Source of the DNA: a virus
Lineage: Duplodnaviria; Caudoviricetes
Reading direction: 5' to 3' (one strand)
Virus record (IMG/VR): IMGVR_UViG_3300012683_000002
Location: 1-60,888 of that record
DNA length: 60,888 nucleotides
The position numbers and the translations under genes are program-made. The notes beneath the pieces are model-generated. The model was not told the origin of the DNA. It worked only from the letters and a program-made list of their open reading frames with translations, and ran no database searches. This document shows positions 48,746 through 56,855 of this stretch, in pieces. How positions within the stretch are numbered: the stretch's first letter is position 1; every line of letters starts with the position of its first letter.

Positions 48746-49069
48746 ATGGCGAAAGTAATCGGGAACGGTGAGATTAAGGGCGAGGTAACGCTACTGCTGA
48801 GCGAGGCGGAAGCAAAGGCTTTGGATGCACTCGTCGGTTATGGCGTGAAGCCGTTTTTGGAAGTGTTTTACGAGCATCTCGGCAAAGCCTATCTCCAGCC
48901 GCATGAGCACGGATTGAAGTCACTTTTTGAGTCTGTGCGGGCGGGCGAAGGTTCAGTGTCAAATTTTCTGAAACGGATTCATAATGCGCGGGACGTTTTT
49001 ACCGGGCGGAAAAATGCATACGTCCCGCCGATACACACGTCCAGCAAGGAAGTCGAGCGTACCGTTTGA
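48746..49069 (+). CDS. Hypothetical phage protein
   Basis: RBS AAGGAG; LSE.EA.ALDAL.GYG..PFL..FY..LGK.YL.PHE.GL.SLF. Confidence 0.65.
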   Translation: MAKVIGNGEIKGEVTLLLSEAEAKALDALVGYGVKPFLEVFYEHLGKAYLQPHEHGLKSLFESVRAGEGSVSNFLKRIHNARDVFTGRKNAYVPPIHTSSKEVERTV

Positions 49070-49402
49070 ACTCAGTCAACCCGCCAACAGGAGAAGCGAA
49101 ATGAGCCCGCAGTACGCGGAGAAAGGAGGTGGCAATTGACCCAACAGCTTTCTGGAACTCTAAATCGACTGTCGAGCATGGACAGTGGGAATGCCCAAGG
49201 GGATCGTATCAAATCGACCAAAGTGCCGTCACTTGTGCTACGAGTGATCCTCGTGGCTGCGCTCCCCGCTGTGTTCGTACTTACATCGCTCCCCCAAACG
49301 ATATCCTTCCAGAGGATTGACCGCGCCCGTAGGCCACGTATCGGAGGCGGACGGTGAACACGTGGCGCAGTCCCTACGTACAGTCTGGAGAGGAGAACGA
49401 CA

Positions 49403-50423
49403 ATGATTGTTGTGCATCGTGCGGTAATTGAGGAAGAAGTGAAAACTCTTTGGGGAATCTTACGCTACGAAGGCCATGGCAATAAAACCGCCATCAAACG
49501 CGCCGCTAATCAACTCGAAGGCTTCCTGAAACTCATCGCTAGGAATCAGCCGAATGATTGCGTCTACGCGGGTTCACAAATTACGCAGGACGGCATACGG
49601 ATTGAGGGTAGGGACCCCGAATAGCTCTTCCTGAAGCGACGAAGCGCAGAATACAAAGGTTGAGAATTGAGGAGTCGATGAGCGATACCAAGCAGCCCAC
49701 GCCTTACCGCGAGCCAGAAAACGAAGAGTTAGAGGAGCTACAGGTGTTGATTGAGTGCAGCCGGGAAATGGCTCGGACCAGAAATCAGATTATGAATCCG
49801 CGTCTGCCGAGTGCATTCGAGGATGCTGTGGAGACAGCACTAGGAATTTTAATCCGACACCGTCAGCGTGACTTGGAAGGGCGGTGAGCGATGACGAACA
49901 CTCCTAAGCAAGAGCTTTTCGGAATTCCAGTTCGGGTCTGGCCATATCTGCCCAAAGACAGCATTTGGCTATGTGACGAGAATGGGCCAAAGCCGGTTGT
50001 TTACATAGAGAACGAATCGCTGTTAGATATGCTTTACCGGGCGATTGATAGCGATGCTGACTTCCTGAAAAAGTGCGGAGTGATTGTCCATATCGGAGAC
50101 CTGAAATAGCAGGAGCAGCCAACTTCGTCTCCGAAGTTCACCCACGCCCAGACGATCCCAGTTGCCACGTTTGCGGAGCCGAGATGATTCCGAAAGAGTT
50201 CAAGTGCTTATCCTGCGGGGCGACGACTGGGGTCGTAGAAGCGCCAGCGGTCGAAACCGTTCTCGTAACTCGAATGCTTCTGGAAGGCTTGCGGAATTTT
50301 ATGAACCGCCGATTTGACGCTGACAGACTCGTGAGTTACCAAACCCACTTTCTACGCGAATTGGACGCAGTATTAGTGGCGAGCGCATCAGCACCAGAAA
50401 GCCCTACCAAGGAGAAGCCATGA
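49403..50423 (+). other. Run of small hypothetical genes (49403..49624, 49678..49887, 49891..50109, ~50073..50423)
   Basis: Short, closely packed ORFs, most with RBS; no families recognised. Confidence 0.5.
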
Positions 50424-50437
50424 AACTTAATCATTTG

Positions 50438-51133
50438 TCAGCGGGGCATCCTGCTAGAGACTGAAGAAGTAGCGACCCGGCTTAGGATCTTGCTCACAGT
50501 TCCGCCGTGCCAGCGTTTTCCGTAGCGTGTTGGAACTCCGCTTTGATTCAATAAAATAGCGATTTCATCCGAGCGCTGACCGGCCAAGCGTAACTGAATA
50601 ATCCTCGTCAGGATGTCTTTTTCCCCCGGTCGAGTCCCGTACGGCTTACGGCCTTCACAGCGTTCGCCGGCGTTGCGCATCCGCGTTCTCGCTTTGCGGA
50701 GTTTGGCGACGATCATGTTTTTATCGAGTTCTGCGAAAATTCCCTGTATCTGCACCAAGGCCCGCCGCATGGGATCGCCCATCATGGCTTCGGTAATATT
50801 CTCTCCTGTGTTCGCGGAGATGAGCGTTAAGCCCTTGCTTGCGATGTAGATGATTAACTGCTCCTGCACCCGATACTCACGCGCTAGGCGGTCTAAGGAC
50901 TCAACAATGATGGTTCTACAGCCGTTCCCCAAAAGCGTGGCAATCATTTCCTGAAACGCCGGCCGGTGCTCCTCGTCCATCTTCCCGGGAACGGCTTCCT
51001 CGCGAAATTCACGTTCCATCGTGTAGCCTTTAGTAGAGGCGCACCGCTGGATGGTTTCGATTTGCCGATCCCAAGTATCGCCGAAGAGAGAGGCTTTCCC
51101 GGAACAACGCATGTAAGCGACGGCAGGATTCAC
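50438..51133 (-). CDS. Serine recombinase (resolvase domain plus short Recombinase domain)
   Basis: AYMRCS catalytic motif, RPAF, VESLDRLAR, G..PYG, IA..LN..G.PT..G..W....V..IL; GTG start overlaps the upstream stop. Confidence 0.9.
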   Translation of the reverse strand: MNPAVAYMRCSGKASLFGDTWDRQIETIQRCASTKGYTMEREFREEAVPGKMDEEHRPAFQEMIATLLGNGCRTIIVESLDRLAREYRVQEQLIIYIASKGLTLISANTGENITEAMMGDPMRRALVQIQGIFAELDKNMIVAKLRKARTRMRNAGERCEGRKPYGTRPGEKDILTRIIQLRLAGQRSDEIAILLNQSGVPTRYGKRWHGGTVSKILSRVATSSVSSRMPR

Positions 51134-51444
51134 AGGATAACCCCGCCTGGTACTTCTGCGTCTTCCAGTTGGTGAACGTGAAAGCAGTTCGGGTGGATAT
51201 TGACATACTCGCTCTTGCGCGGCAGGATGATCGCCCCTTGAATGTCGGCGGCATCGGGAACGAGGTCGTACCAAGCCGTATAGATTTCGTCCCACGTTGG
51301 ATAGCGATACGGAACCGAAATGGAGATGTGCCAGAGCCCCTGTTCTTTGGCGATATGAACGCTGCAATCGCCCCATGCATACCAATCTCCTCCCATCGGG
51401 TGATTGAACTTCTTCCAGTTCGCTTTTGGTTTCAGCTTAATCAT
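51130..51444 (-). CDS. Conserved phage hypothetical protein
   Basis: WHISIS...RYPTWDE...P...YVNIHPNCFH motif. Confidence 0.7.
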   Translation of the reverse strand: MIKLKPKANWKKFNHPMGGDWYAWGDCSVHIAKEQGLWHISISVPYRYPTWDEIYTAWYDLVPDAADIQGAIILPRKSEYVNIHPNCFHVHQLEDAEVPGGVIL

Positions 51445-51501
51445 ATTTTCCCTTTCGTTTTCAATTCGATATCGCAAGGGCTAGGGCAAAGTTGTGACAC
51501 C

Positions 51502-51654
51502 TTACCAATCCTCGGTTCTAATCTCTTTCGTCCACTGGCTTCTATTCCACTTGCGGGAGCGGCATTGCGGACACTGCGCCGGAGGTCTCTCGGCTAAGAG
51601 CACCCAAACATGCCCACAGGCTTCGCAGATGCAAACCGGCCGCAGTTCGATCAT
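51502..51654 (-). CDS. Zn-ribbon micro-protein
   Basis: CICEACGHVW...PAQCPQCRSRKWN. Confidence 0.7.
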   Translation of the reverse strand: MIELRPVCICEACGHVWVLLAERPPAQCPQCRSRKWNRSQWTKEIRTEDW

Positions 51655-51824
51655 TGCGCGATCTTCTGCGCAATGGTTCGTGGGCGACCGGCTTTCTTGC
51701 GTCCATTCCATCGCCGCGAGTGGCAGTTAGGGCAAGCCGAAGGAATGACAAGGCTTATCCACTCATGGCTACAGATTTCACAGCCGCATTGGTTGGCTTC
51801 CACTTGGACGGTTTTAATGCTCAT
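51651..51824 (-). CDS. Paralogous Zn-ribbon micro-protein, 57 aa (not in ORF track)
   Basis: MSIKTVQVEANQCGCEICSHEW...PSACPNCHSRRWNGRKKAGRPR; ATGA overlaps on both sides. Confidence 0.7.
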   Translation of the reverse strand: MSIKTVQVEANQCGCEICSHEWISLVIPSACPNCHSRRWNGRKKAGRPRTIAQKIAQ

Positions 51825-52108
51825 CGCTGGCCTCGGGCTCGCTTGATGGCCGCCTCTTGTATCTGTTGAAGCAAACGAAGTCTGTCCACCATTGGGCCAT
51901 CGCCAGCATTGAACAAATAATCAGCGGCCTCTTGCAGGATTGTCGGATCGGCTTCCAGTGCTTCTAGGAGTTCTGGGGCTGAGGCGATAAGCCTAGCGTT
52001 GGCCTCATCATCGCGATGATCCGCCCAACTATCTGGACCGTGTTGCAAGATATTCAAAATATTCTCCACACTCCACGGTCCGGGTGTAAAGGTTGCTCCG
52101 TCAGACAC
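51821..52108 (-). CDS. TPGPW...ANARLIA.AP family phage protein
   Basis: FTPGPW...EANARLIASAPELLEAL; start uncertain (GTG 52108 or an upstream ATG). Confidence 0.65.
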   Translation of the reverse strand: MSDGATFTPGPWSVENILNILQHGPDSWADHRDDEANARLIASAPELLEALEADPTILQEAADYLFNAGDGPMVDRLRLLQQIQEAAIKRARGQR

Positions 52109-52346
52109 AGGCGATGATGGATTGAGCTTCGACATCTCCGTCCTCCGCTTTCTTCTGAATGTAGGCATACATGGTCGGGCTTGCGGCGATGAACTTGGCA
52201 TCCTCTGGCCGTATCACAAGAGCGACGGGATTCAGCAGCATTTCGACCCCGACTTTCGCACCTTCGCCACAACCGTCAATTCGCCATAAATTTGCTTGAG
52301 TCAAGCCGTTCACTATCCACGGTCCGGGCGTTGCTCCGTCAGACAT
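52101..52346 (-). CDS. TPGPW family paralogue
   Basis: MSDGATPGPW...DAKFIAASP. Confidence 0.65.
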   Translation of the reverse strand: MSDGATPGPWIVNGLTQANLWRIDGCGEGAKVGVEMLLNPVALVIRPEDAKFIAASPTMYAYIQKKAEDGDVEAQSIIACV

Positions 52347-52602
52347 TCCGGGCCTCCGCTCGGCCTTCCATGAACGGAATCAAACGCATCCGTCTAATTT
52401 CATATAACGTTCGCCAAGAGTGTTTCGTTACCTCCGGATCGCGCAGAATGTGAGCGAGAGCATTGCGCCGAGTTCTGAATAGTTCGTTAAACTCACCCCA
52501 ATTCGTCACGACGTAAAAGACTTTATTTCTCTGGTGAAACGGTCGTTCCGCTTCATGCAGATCATCTGCCTTCCACCCCGTTGCTGCTTTAACGTCGGCC
52601 AT
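52339..52602 (-). CDS. Hypothetical protein (MADVKAA start)
   Basis: RBS GGAGGT inside the 33-bp repeat. Confidence 0.6.
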   Translation of the reverse strand: MADVKAATGWKADDLHEAERPFHQRNKVFYVVTNWGEFNELFRTRRNALAHILRDPEVTKHSWRTLYEIRRMRLIPFMEGRAEARNV

Positions 52603-52842
52603 CGGGAACCTCCGGATTCTGCGGATGGTATTCGCGCCGCCAGTATTCGGGTTGCCATGCCAAATGGCTGCGATTTCCGCTCCGATCAACGAACATCCAG
52701 TTTGCGCCAGTCCAAACGGCCCAACCGTAAAACAACTGATGAATGACGACCGCCTCTTCAATTGGAGGAAGAAACTGTTTAACTTCGTGCCAGTCGTAAG
52801 GTGCTGGGCTTGCTGCTTTAACGTCGGCCATGGGGAACCTCC
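52581..52842 (-). repeat. 33-bp direct repeat at gene junctions (52581-52613 and 52810-52842)
   Basis: GGAGGTTCCC(C/G)ATGGCCGACGTTAAAGCAGCAA, one mismatch; contains the RBS, the start codon and the upstream stop. Confidence 0.9.
52589..52831 (-). CDS. DUF551-like hypothetical protein (MADVKAA start)
   Basis: W..V...LP...W...W...WQP tryptophan pattern. Confidence 0.55.
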   Translation of the reverse strand: MADVKAASPAPYDWHEVKQFLPPIEEAVVIHQLFYGWAVWTGANWMFVDRSGNRSHLAWQPEYWRREYHPQNPEVPDGRR

Positions 52843-53537
52843 TGTAATTGTAAAATCGGTGCTTTCACTTCCATAATGCCGCTAATCCACTGAATAGAGA
52901 ACGTATAAGGCACAGCCGCTAGCAAATCGACTAGATAGTGCTCCCGCAGGGCCAAAGTGCTCACTGCGATGAGGAGAACGTAAGCGCAGAGCATCCAGCG
53001 TAACCACTGCGACCGCGCGTTTAGAACCAAAAGCAGAGCCCATGTCAAATGCATCGACGGCATACAGTTCATGGGGGAGTCCGCAATTGGCATCTGGTTC
53101 GCCCAGTCGTAATGCCCGGGCCCCACTGCGGGGAACAGGCCATAACAGGCGAAGCACAAACATCCGCCAATCAGAACCGCGCGGCGCATCCGGAGGCTTT
53201 GCTCAAGCACCCAAGTCAATCCAATCACTAAGGGTAAAGCGATATAGGCGACCATGAGAACCAAAGTAATAACCTGGTGTCGGGCGATCGCATCGGCGAA
53301 GGAAATGGGATTGAAGCCTAGAATGGCGTCTGCCCTGAGAAAAGCAGGATCGTACGAGGATCCGCTGAAATGCATGGCTAGGCCGTTACTCGCGAGCGCG
53401 ACGTAGAGCGTGTAACCGATCATGGTTGTTAGGTCGGCTCGTCGGCGTTCCAAGTCGCGGCGAAAGGCGGAGACGAGGAGAATTAAGAGCGGCACGGAAA
53501 AGCCGCCCAGCAAGGTTTCGATGTACTGTTTTAGCAT
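52818..53537 (-). CDS. PAP2-superfamily (Aur1/Ipt1-like) membrane phosphotransferase/phosphatase
   Basis: Multi-TM; FPAVGP, NCMPSMH, STL....HY.VDL motifs. Confidence 0.85.
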   Translation of the reverse strand: MLKQYIETLLGGFSVPLLILLVSAFRRDLERRRADLTTMIGYTLYVALASNGLAMHFSGSSYDPAFLRADAILGFNPISFADAIARHQVITLVLMVAYIALPLVIGLTWVLEQSLRMRRAVLIGGCLCFACYGLFPAVGPGHYDWANQMPIADSPMNCMPSMHLTWALLLVLNARSQWLRWMLCAYVLLIAVSTLALREHYLVDLLAAVPYTFSIQWISGIMEVKAPILQLQEVPHGRR

Positions 53538-53546
53538 ATAAATTCG

Positions 53547-53560
53547 CTCCAAATTTGGAG
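53547..53560. repeat. Perfect palindrome CTCCAAATTTGGAG overlapping the PAP2 gene RBS
   Basis: On the minus strand its GGAG lies 9 nt before ATG 53537. Confidence 0.9.
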
Positions 53561-53651
53561 TACTTTTTAGTGGTTCGGCTTGCGTACCGAACCGGGACTG
53601 GTTACCAACCAGAACGCCGCTTCCGCTCGGAGAATTGAGCGCGGGAGCAGA

Positions 53652-54167
53652 TCAAAGTTTAATGCCATACACGGCTTCGCCCTTTTCCAACTGTAAAACC
53701 GCGTATTCATTGAACGCGTCATCATCAGCGAACGGGCGAATCTTCGCTATAGCGGCCAGAGCCTTATGAAGCGCAATAGAGTGCTTGGCTTCAGGGGTTA
53801 GTTCAAAAACTCGGCAACGCATCTTGAAATAGACGCCACAGCCTGCACCCGCAAAGTTGTGGTGAAAGAACCAAAACGATCCTTCCAGCGTCTCACCCGT
53901 GTCACGCAATTTTGCCTTGTCGATGGCAGGATCAAGCGATCCGCTGAATGAGGCGTATCCGTCTGATAGATAGAAAGAAGCATCGCCGTGACAAGGATGT
54001 TTAGCTCCTACGGTCGTCTGAATATCTTCGCCCCAATCGTGGGTGAAGCGCAGCACTCCATCGGCAACGCGCAGAAAATCGCCTACTCTGGGTCCAGCAA
54101 CTTGGTTGAATAGCTGCTCGCGTTCGGCGAGTATCCCGGCATCTCGTGCGTCAAATTCTGGTCTCAT
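53652..54167 (-). CDS. DUF4121-like protein
   Basis: GPRVGDF...SFSGSL...E...FWFFHH..AGA..GV.F....RVF. Confidence 0.6.
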   Translation of the reverse strand: MRPEFDARDAGILAEREQLFNQVAGPRVGDFLRVADGVLRFTHDWGEDIQTTVGAKHPCHGDASFYLSDGYASFSGSLDPAIDKAKLRDTGETLEGSFWFFHHNFAGAGCGVYFKMRCRVFELTPEAKHSIALHKALAAIAKIRPFADDDAFNEYAVLQLEKGEAVYGIKL

Positions 54168-54248
54168 TGTCTTTTCTCCTGCCTCTCGGTAGAGGCTTCT
54201 TGGGTTAGATACCCAACAGGATGCACTGCGAATGCATCCGATGGTGAC

Positions 54249-54431
54249 CTAGTTCCCGCAGGAAATAATCAGCGTATCGCCGAGTTTCGTGCCGGTTGGA
54301 TCCCCGCCATTGTTGCAAGAGACCGCCACCGACCGCGTGCTAAGTCTCTTGCTGGCAAGAACGTATTTGGATTCCGCACCGGCGAATGCCGCCAGCGCTA
54401 AGAGCAGTGCGAGTGTCAGGTAGTTTTTCAT
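54249..54431 (-). CDS. Small secreted two-Cys peptide (60 aa)
   Basis: RBS AGGAG; MKNYLTLALLLALAAFAGA| signal, then 41 aa containing two Cys. Confidence 0.7.
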   Translation of the reverse strand: MKNYLTLALLLALAAFAGAESKYVLASKRLSTRSVAVSCNNGGDPTGTKLGDTLIISCGN

Positions 54432-54468
54432 TGGTTTTTTCTCCTGCGGTTCTGGTTTCAACCGCTTG

Positions 54469-55137
54469 TTAGGCCATCATGATCTCAACCTGTAAGCGGT
54501 TGAGTGCTTCTCTAACGTTATTGTTAGACTCTTTCACGATCCGCTGAAAATTCGGTCGCTCTGCTGGGTTATCCGTTTCCGCATCCCAGACCCGCGCTAA
54601 CAACTCGGTTGCTTCCTTCGCGATCCCGTAGCTTGAAAACTCAAGGACACTTAGCCGCGATAGGAATCGAGGCTCTAACCGGGAACAATCGTTGCAAGTG
54701 AATACAAACACAGTGTTCGGAGGGAAGTTTGTGGAATCGAGTTTACTCAAAAGCGATACCTGAGCTGCATCCGTCATCCTGTCGGCTTCGTCAACGAGGA
54801 CCAGGTGCATTCTCTTGCCTTCCATGGGCACGTACTGGCACGTTCTCCGCACCCGTTCGATGTTCTCAAGGTTGCATTCCTGGCTCGGGATATGGTGCAG
54901 CTCTGCCGGCATCGCTTCTGCCAGCGTCAAAGCCATCGTGGTTTTCCCGGTACCGCTCGGACCGATAAACAACCATGCCGACTGGAACGGCGTCGCGGCT
55001 AATCGGCTCATGCACTTGCGAATCTTCTCCAAGCCGACAAAGCCATCAAAGGATCTTGGTCTGTACTTCTCAGTAAGCGGTTCCGGAAATCCCAGAGGCA
55101 TCTGGGGCTGTGGGTTGGCAAAGAGGCTAGTTGCCAT
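54469..55137 (-). CDS. Clamp-loader-clade AAA+ ATPase (RFC/RarA-like), lacking the collar domain
   Basis: LTEKYRP..F...VG, GPSGTGKTT, VLVDEAD, FTCN, LSR, N.REALN.L. Confidence 0.85.
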   Translation of the reverse strand: MATSLFANPQPQMPLGFPEPLTEKYRPRSFDGFVGLEKIRKCMSRLAATPFQSAWLFIGPSGTGKTTMALTLAEAMPAELHHIPSQECNLENIERVRRTCQYVPMEGKRMHLVLVDEADRMTDAAQVSLLSKLDSTNFPPNTVFVFTCNDCSRLEPRFLSRLSVLEFSSYGIAKEATELLARVWDAETDNPAERPNFQRIVKESNNNVREALNRLQVEIMMA

Positions 55138-55327
55138 ATTTCACCGCCTGCATCGCGCTGTACAGCACTGCCAGCTCTGCGCCCAGCGGCCGCGGATCCT
55201 CGGAATCAAGCCATAGATGATTCCATGCCCGGTTCAAGAGCAGAGCCGCATAAGCCTTCTGGGCGTCTAGTTCATGGTTTATAGGGGTTGTGGGTTTTAG
55301 TTTCGTTGCTACCGCTAGCATCGCCAT
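55127..55327 (-). CDS. Hypothetical protein
   Basis: RBS AAGGAG; first gene of the minus-strand block. Confidence 0.6.
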   Translation of the reverse strand: MAMLAVATKLKPTTPINHELDAQKAYAALLLNRAWNHLWLDSEDPRPLGAELAVLYSAMQAVKYGN

Positions 55328-55784
55328 CTTCTTCTCCTTAAGGTCGCTGGTTGCGCCTCAATCTCCCAGCATCTTCCCATAACCAGACAAACGTGTCAAG
55401 TTAATTCTCATATTAGTACGCATATTTATCGGTGCGCCCATAAACTGCTTTATTCCGAGTCGGTTGCGGATCGCCTGCCAATCACCCACCAATCTACTAC
55501 GAAGCGCACCAGACCGATCCCAGTGTCCTCTCAACCGCCAGAATGGGGACGCACGTTGGCGCAACTATGTGATTCAACTGTACTTTTTAATGCGCACGTG
55601 ATTGGCGGCCGATTGGCATGTAATCAGCGGTTTACGTGGTCTGTACATCTATTCAGGTGAATTGGCACTACTGATGGTATAGGCGTGGGGACAGCGTAGG
55701 CATAGCGACGGTAATGCCGGCCTAGTAGTCAGGTTGAGAGGTTGTCCGGGGCCTAGGGGTGAGCGGAGGCTTCGACGCCTTTGC

Positions 55785-55911
55785 GTCACACGTGTAACAA
55801 AAAAGAAAAAATAAAATAAGTTACAACCGTAACGTCTGTGACGGTTACACGCGTTACATCTGTTACACAATTAGCTTGACAAAGGTACGTTACAGATGTA
55901 ACTTCCGTGAC
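55785..55911. repeat. Array of 11 GTTACA-like hexamers with an A-tract, overlapping a promoter
   Basis: Motifs at 55785, 55793, 55820, 55828, 55837, 55844, 55853, 55862, 55889, 55897, 55906; TTGACA(55876)-17-TAACTT promoter. Confidence 0.8.
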
Positions 55912-56331
55912 GTGGATTTAAATCTCAGGAATGTGCCAGATGAAGTAGTGCAGTGGGTGCGGATCAGGGCAGCGCAGGAGGGGATAACGATACGGGAGTT
56001 TGCGATTCGGGCGCTGAGGAACGAGGTGGGGGAGGGGAAAGATGGAGATGGACGAGATGACGTGCGTGTGCGGGGAAGTGCTTCGAGGGGAAAAAGGCAA
56101 GGGGGAGTTGGCGAGGCAGTATCAGGAGCACATGCTGAGGGAGGACCACAAGTCGAGCCCGGCGCAGTGGGCGACAGCCTACGAAAAGATCCAAGCGGGG
56201 AAGGAAAGAGCAAAGGCCAAGGAAAAGAAAGCGGAGGCTGGGTCGGCTCAAGGAAGCTAACGGCTGAGGAATTTCAAAAACTGTCGAACTCTGACAAACT
56301 TAAAGCGCAGCGAACTAAGAGGTACCCATGA
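55912..56331 (+). CDS. Ribbon-helix-helix protein with long disordered C-terminal tail
   Basis: VDLNLRNVPDEV...VRIRAAQEG.TIREF....L; GTG start a few nt after the -10 box. Confidence 0.7.
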   Translation: MDLNLRNVPDEVVQWVRIRAAQEGITIREFAIRALRNEVGEGKDGDGRDDVRVRGSASRGKRQGGVGEAVSGAHAEGGPQVEPGAVGDSLRKDPSGEGKSKGQGKESGGWVGSRKLTAEEFQKLSNSDKLKAQRTKRYP

Positions 56332-56410
56332 CGCGGTTCGAGGAGACGGTTTTCGTCCTGTCGGTGGTAATTTTGTTGGTGCTGCTATTGGCGCTGGGCG
56401 GGAAGACGTT

Positions 56411-56848
56411 ATGACAAAAGAAACGATGAAACAAATTGCTCCCTTTCCGGAGTTGTTGAAAGGGCTGGTAAAACGGTTGCAATACAAAGCTGGTTGGCGG
56501 TTCGAATTATCCGACATCGACCGGAACCAAGGTAGTGAAGGGCTGACGCTGGTCATCTGCTTGACCTGCCAAGACAGCTACCATCCTGAGCAGACGATGC
56601 GGGTGAACCATTACATGATCGTTCCACCCGCCGCGTTCGACGAACGCTCATGGTGCCGATGGCTACTAGAGCAGATTCTTCTCGTCGAGCGGCATGAAGC
56701 CTGCGAGTTCTTCTTAATCGACGGCCATCGCCCCTACGCGCCTAATCACGGCCCGGGGAATGACCCGTACACCATCTTCGATCAGGGAACAGCGAAAGAC
56801 GCCCAAACGACGTTTCGCGGCGAGCATTTTGAGTTAGAACAGAAGTAA
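56411..56848 (+). CDS. Hypothetical phage protein
   Basis: DSYHP...VERHEACEFF..DG.RP.AP.H motif. Confidence 0.65.
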   Translation: MTKETMKQIAPFPELLKGLVKRLQYKAGWRFELSDIDRNQGSEGLTLVICLTCQDSYHPEQTMRVNHYMIVPPAAFDERSWCRWLLEQILLVERHEACEFFLIDGHRPYAPNHGPGNDPYTIFDQGTAKDAQTTFRGEHFELEQK

Positions 56849-56855
56849 GGCTTTT

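Noticed and set aside
50438-51385. 315-aa version of the serine recombinase
   Set aside because: The extra N-terminal 84 codons overlap a well-formed upstream gene; the catalytic domain starts at GTG 51133.
50420-51444. CTTAATCAT shared near both ends of the recombinase region as att sites
   Set aside because: Only 9 bp, and it also occurs near 1717 and 57171, so it is too weak to call.
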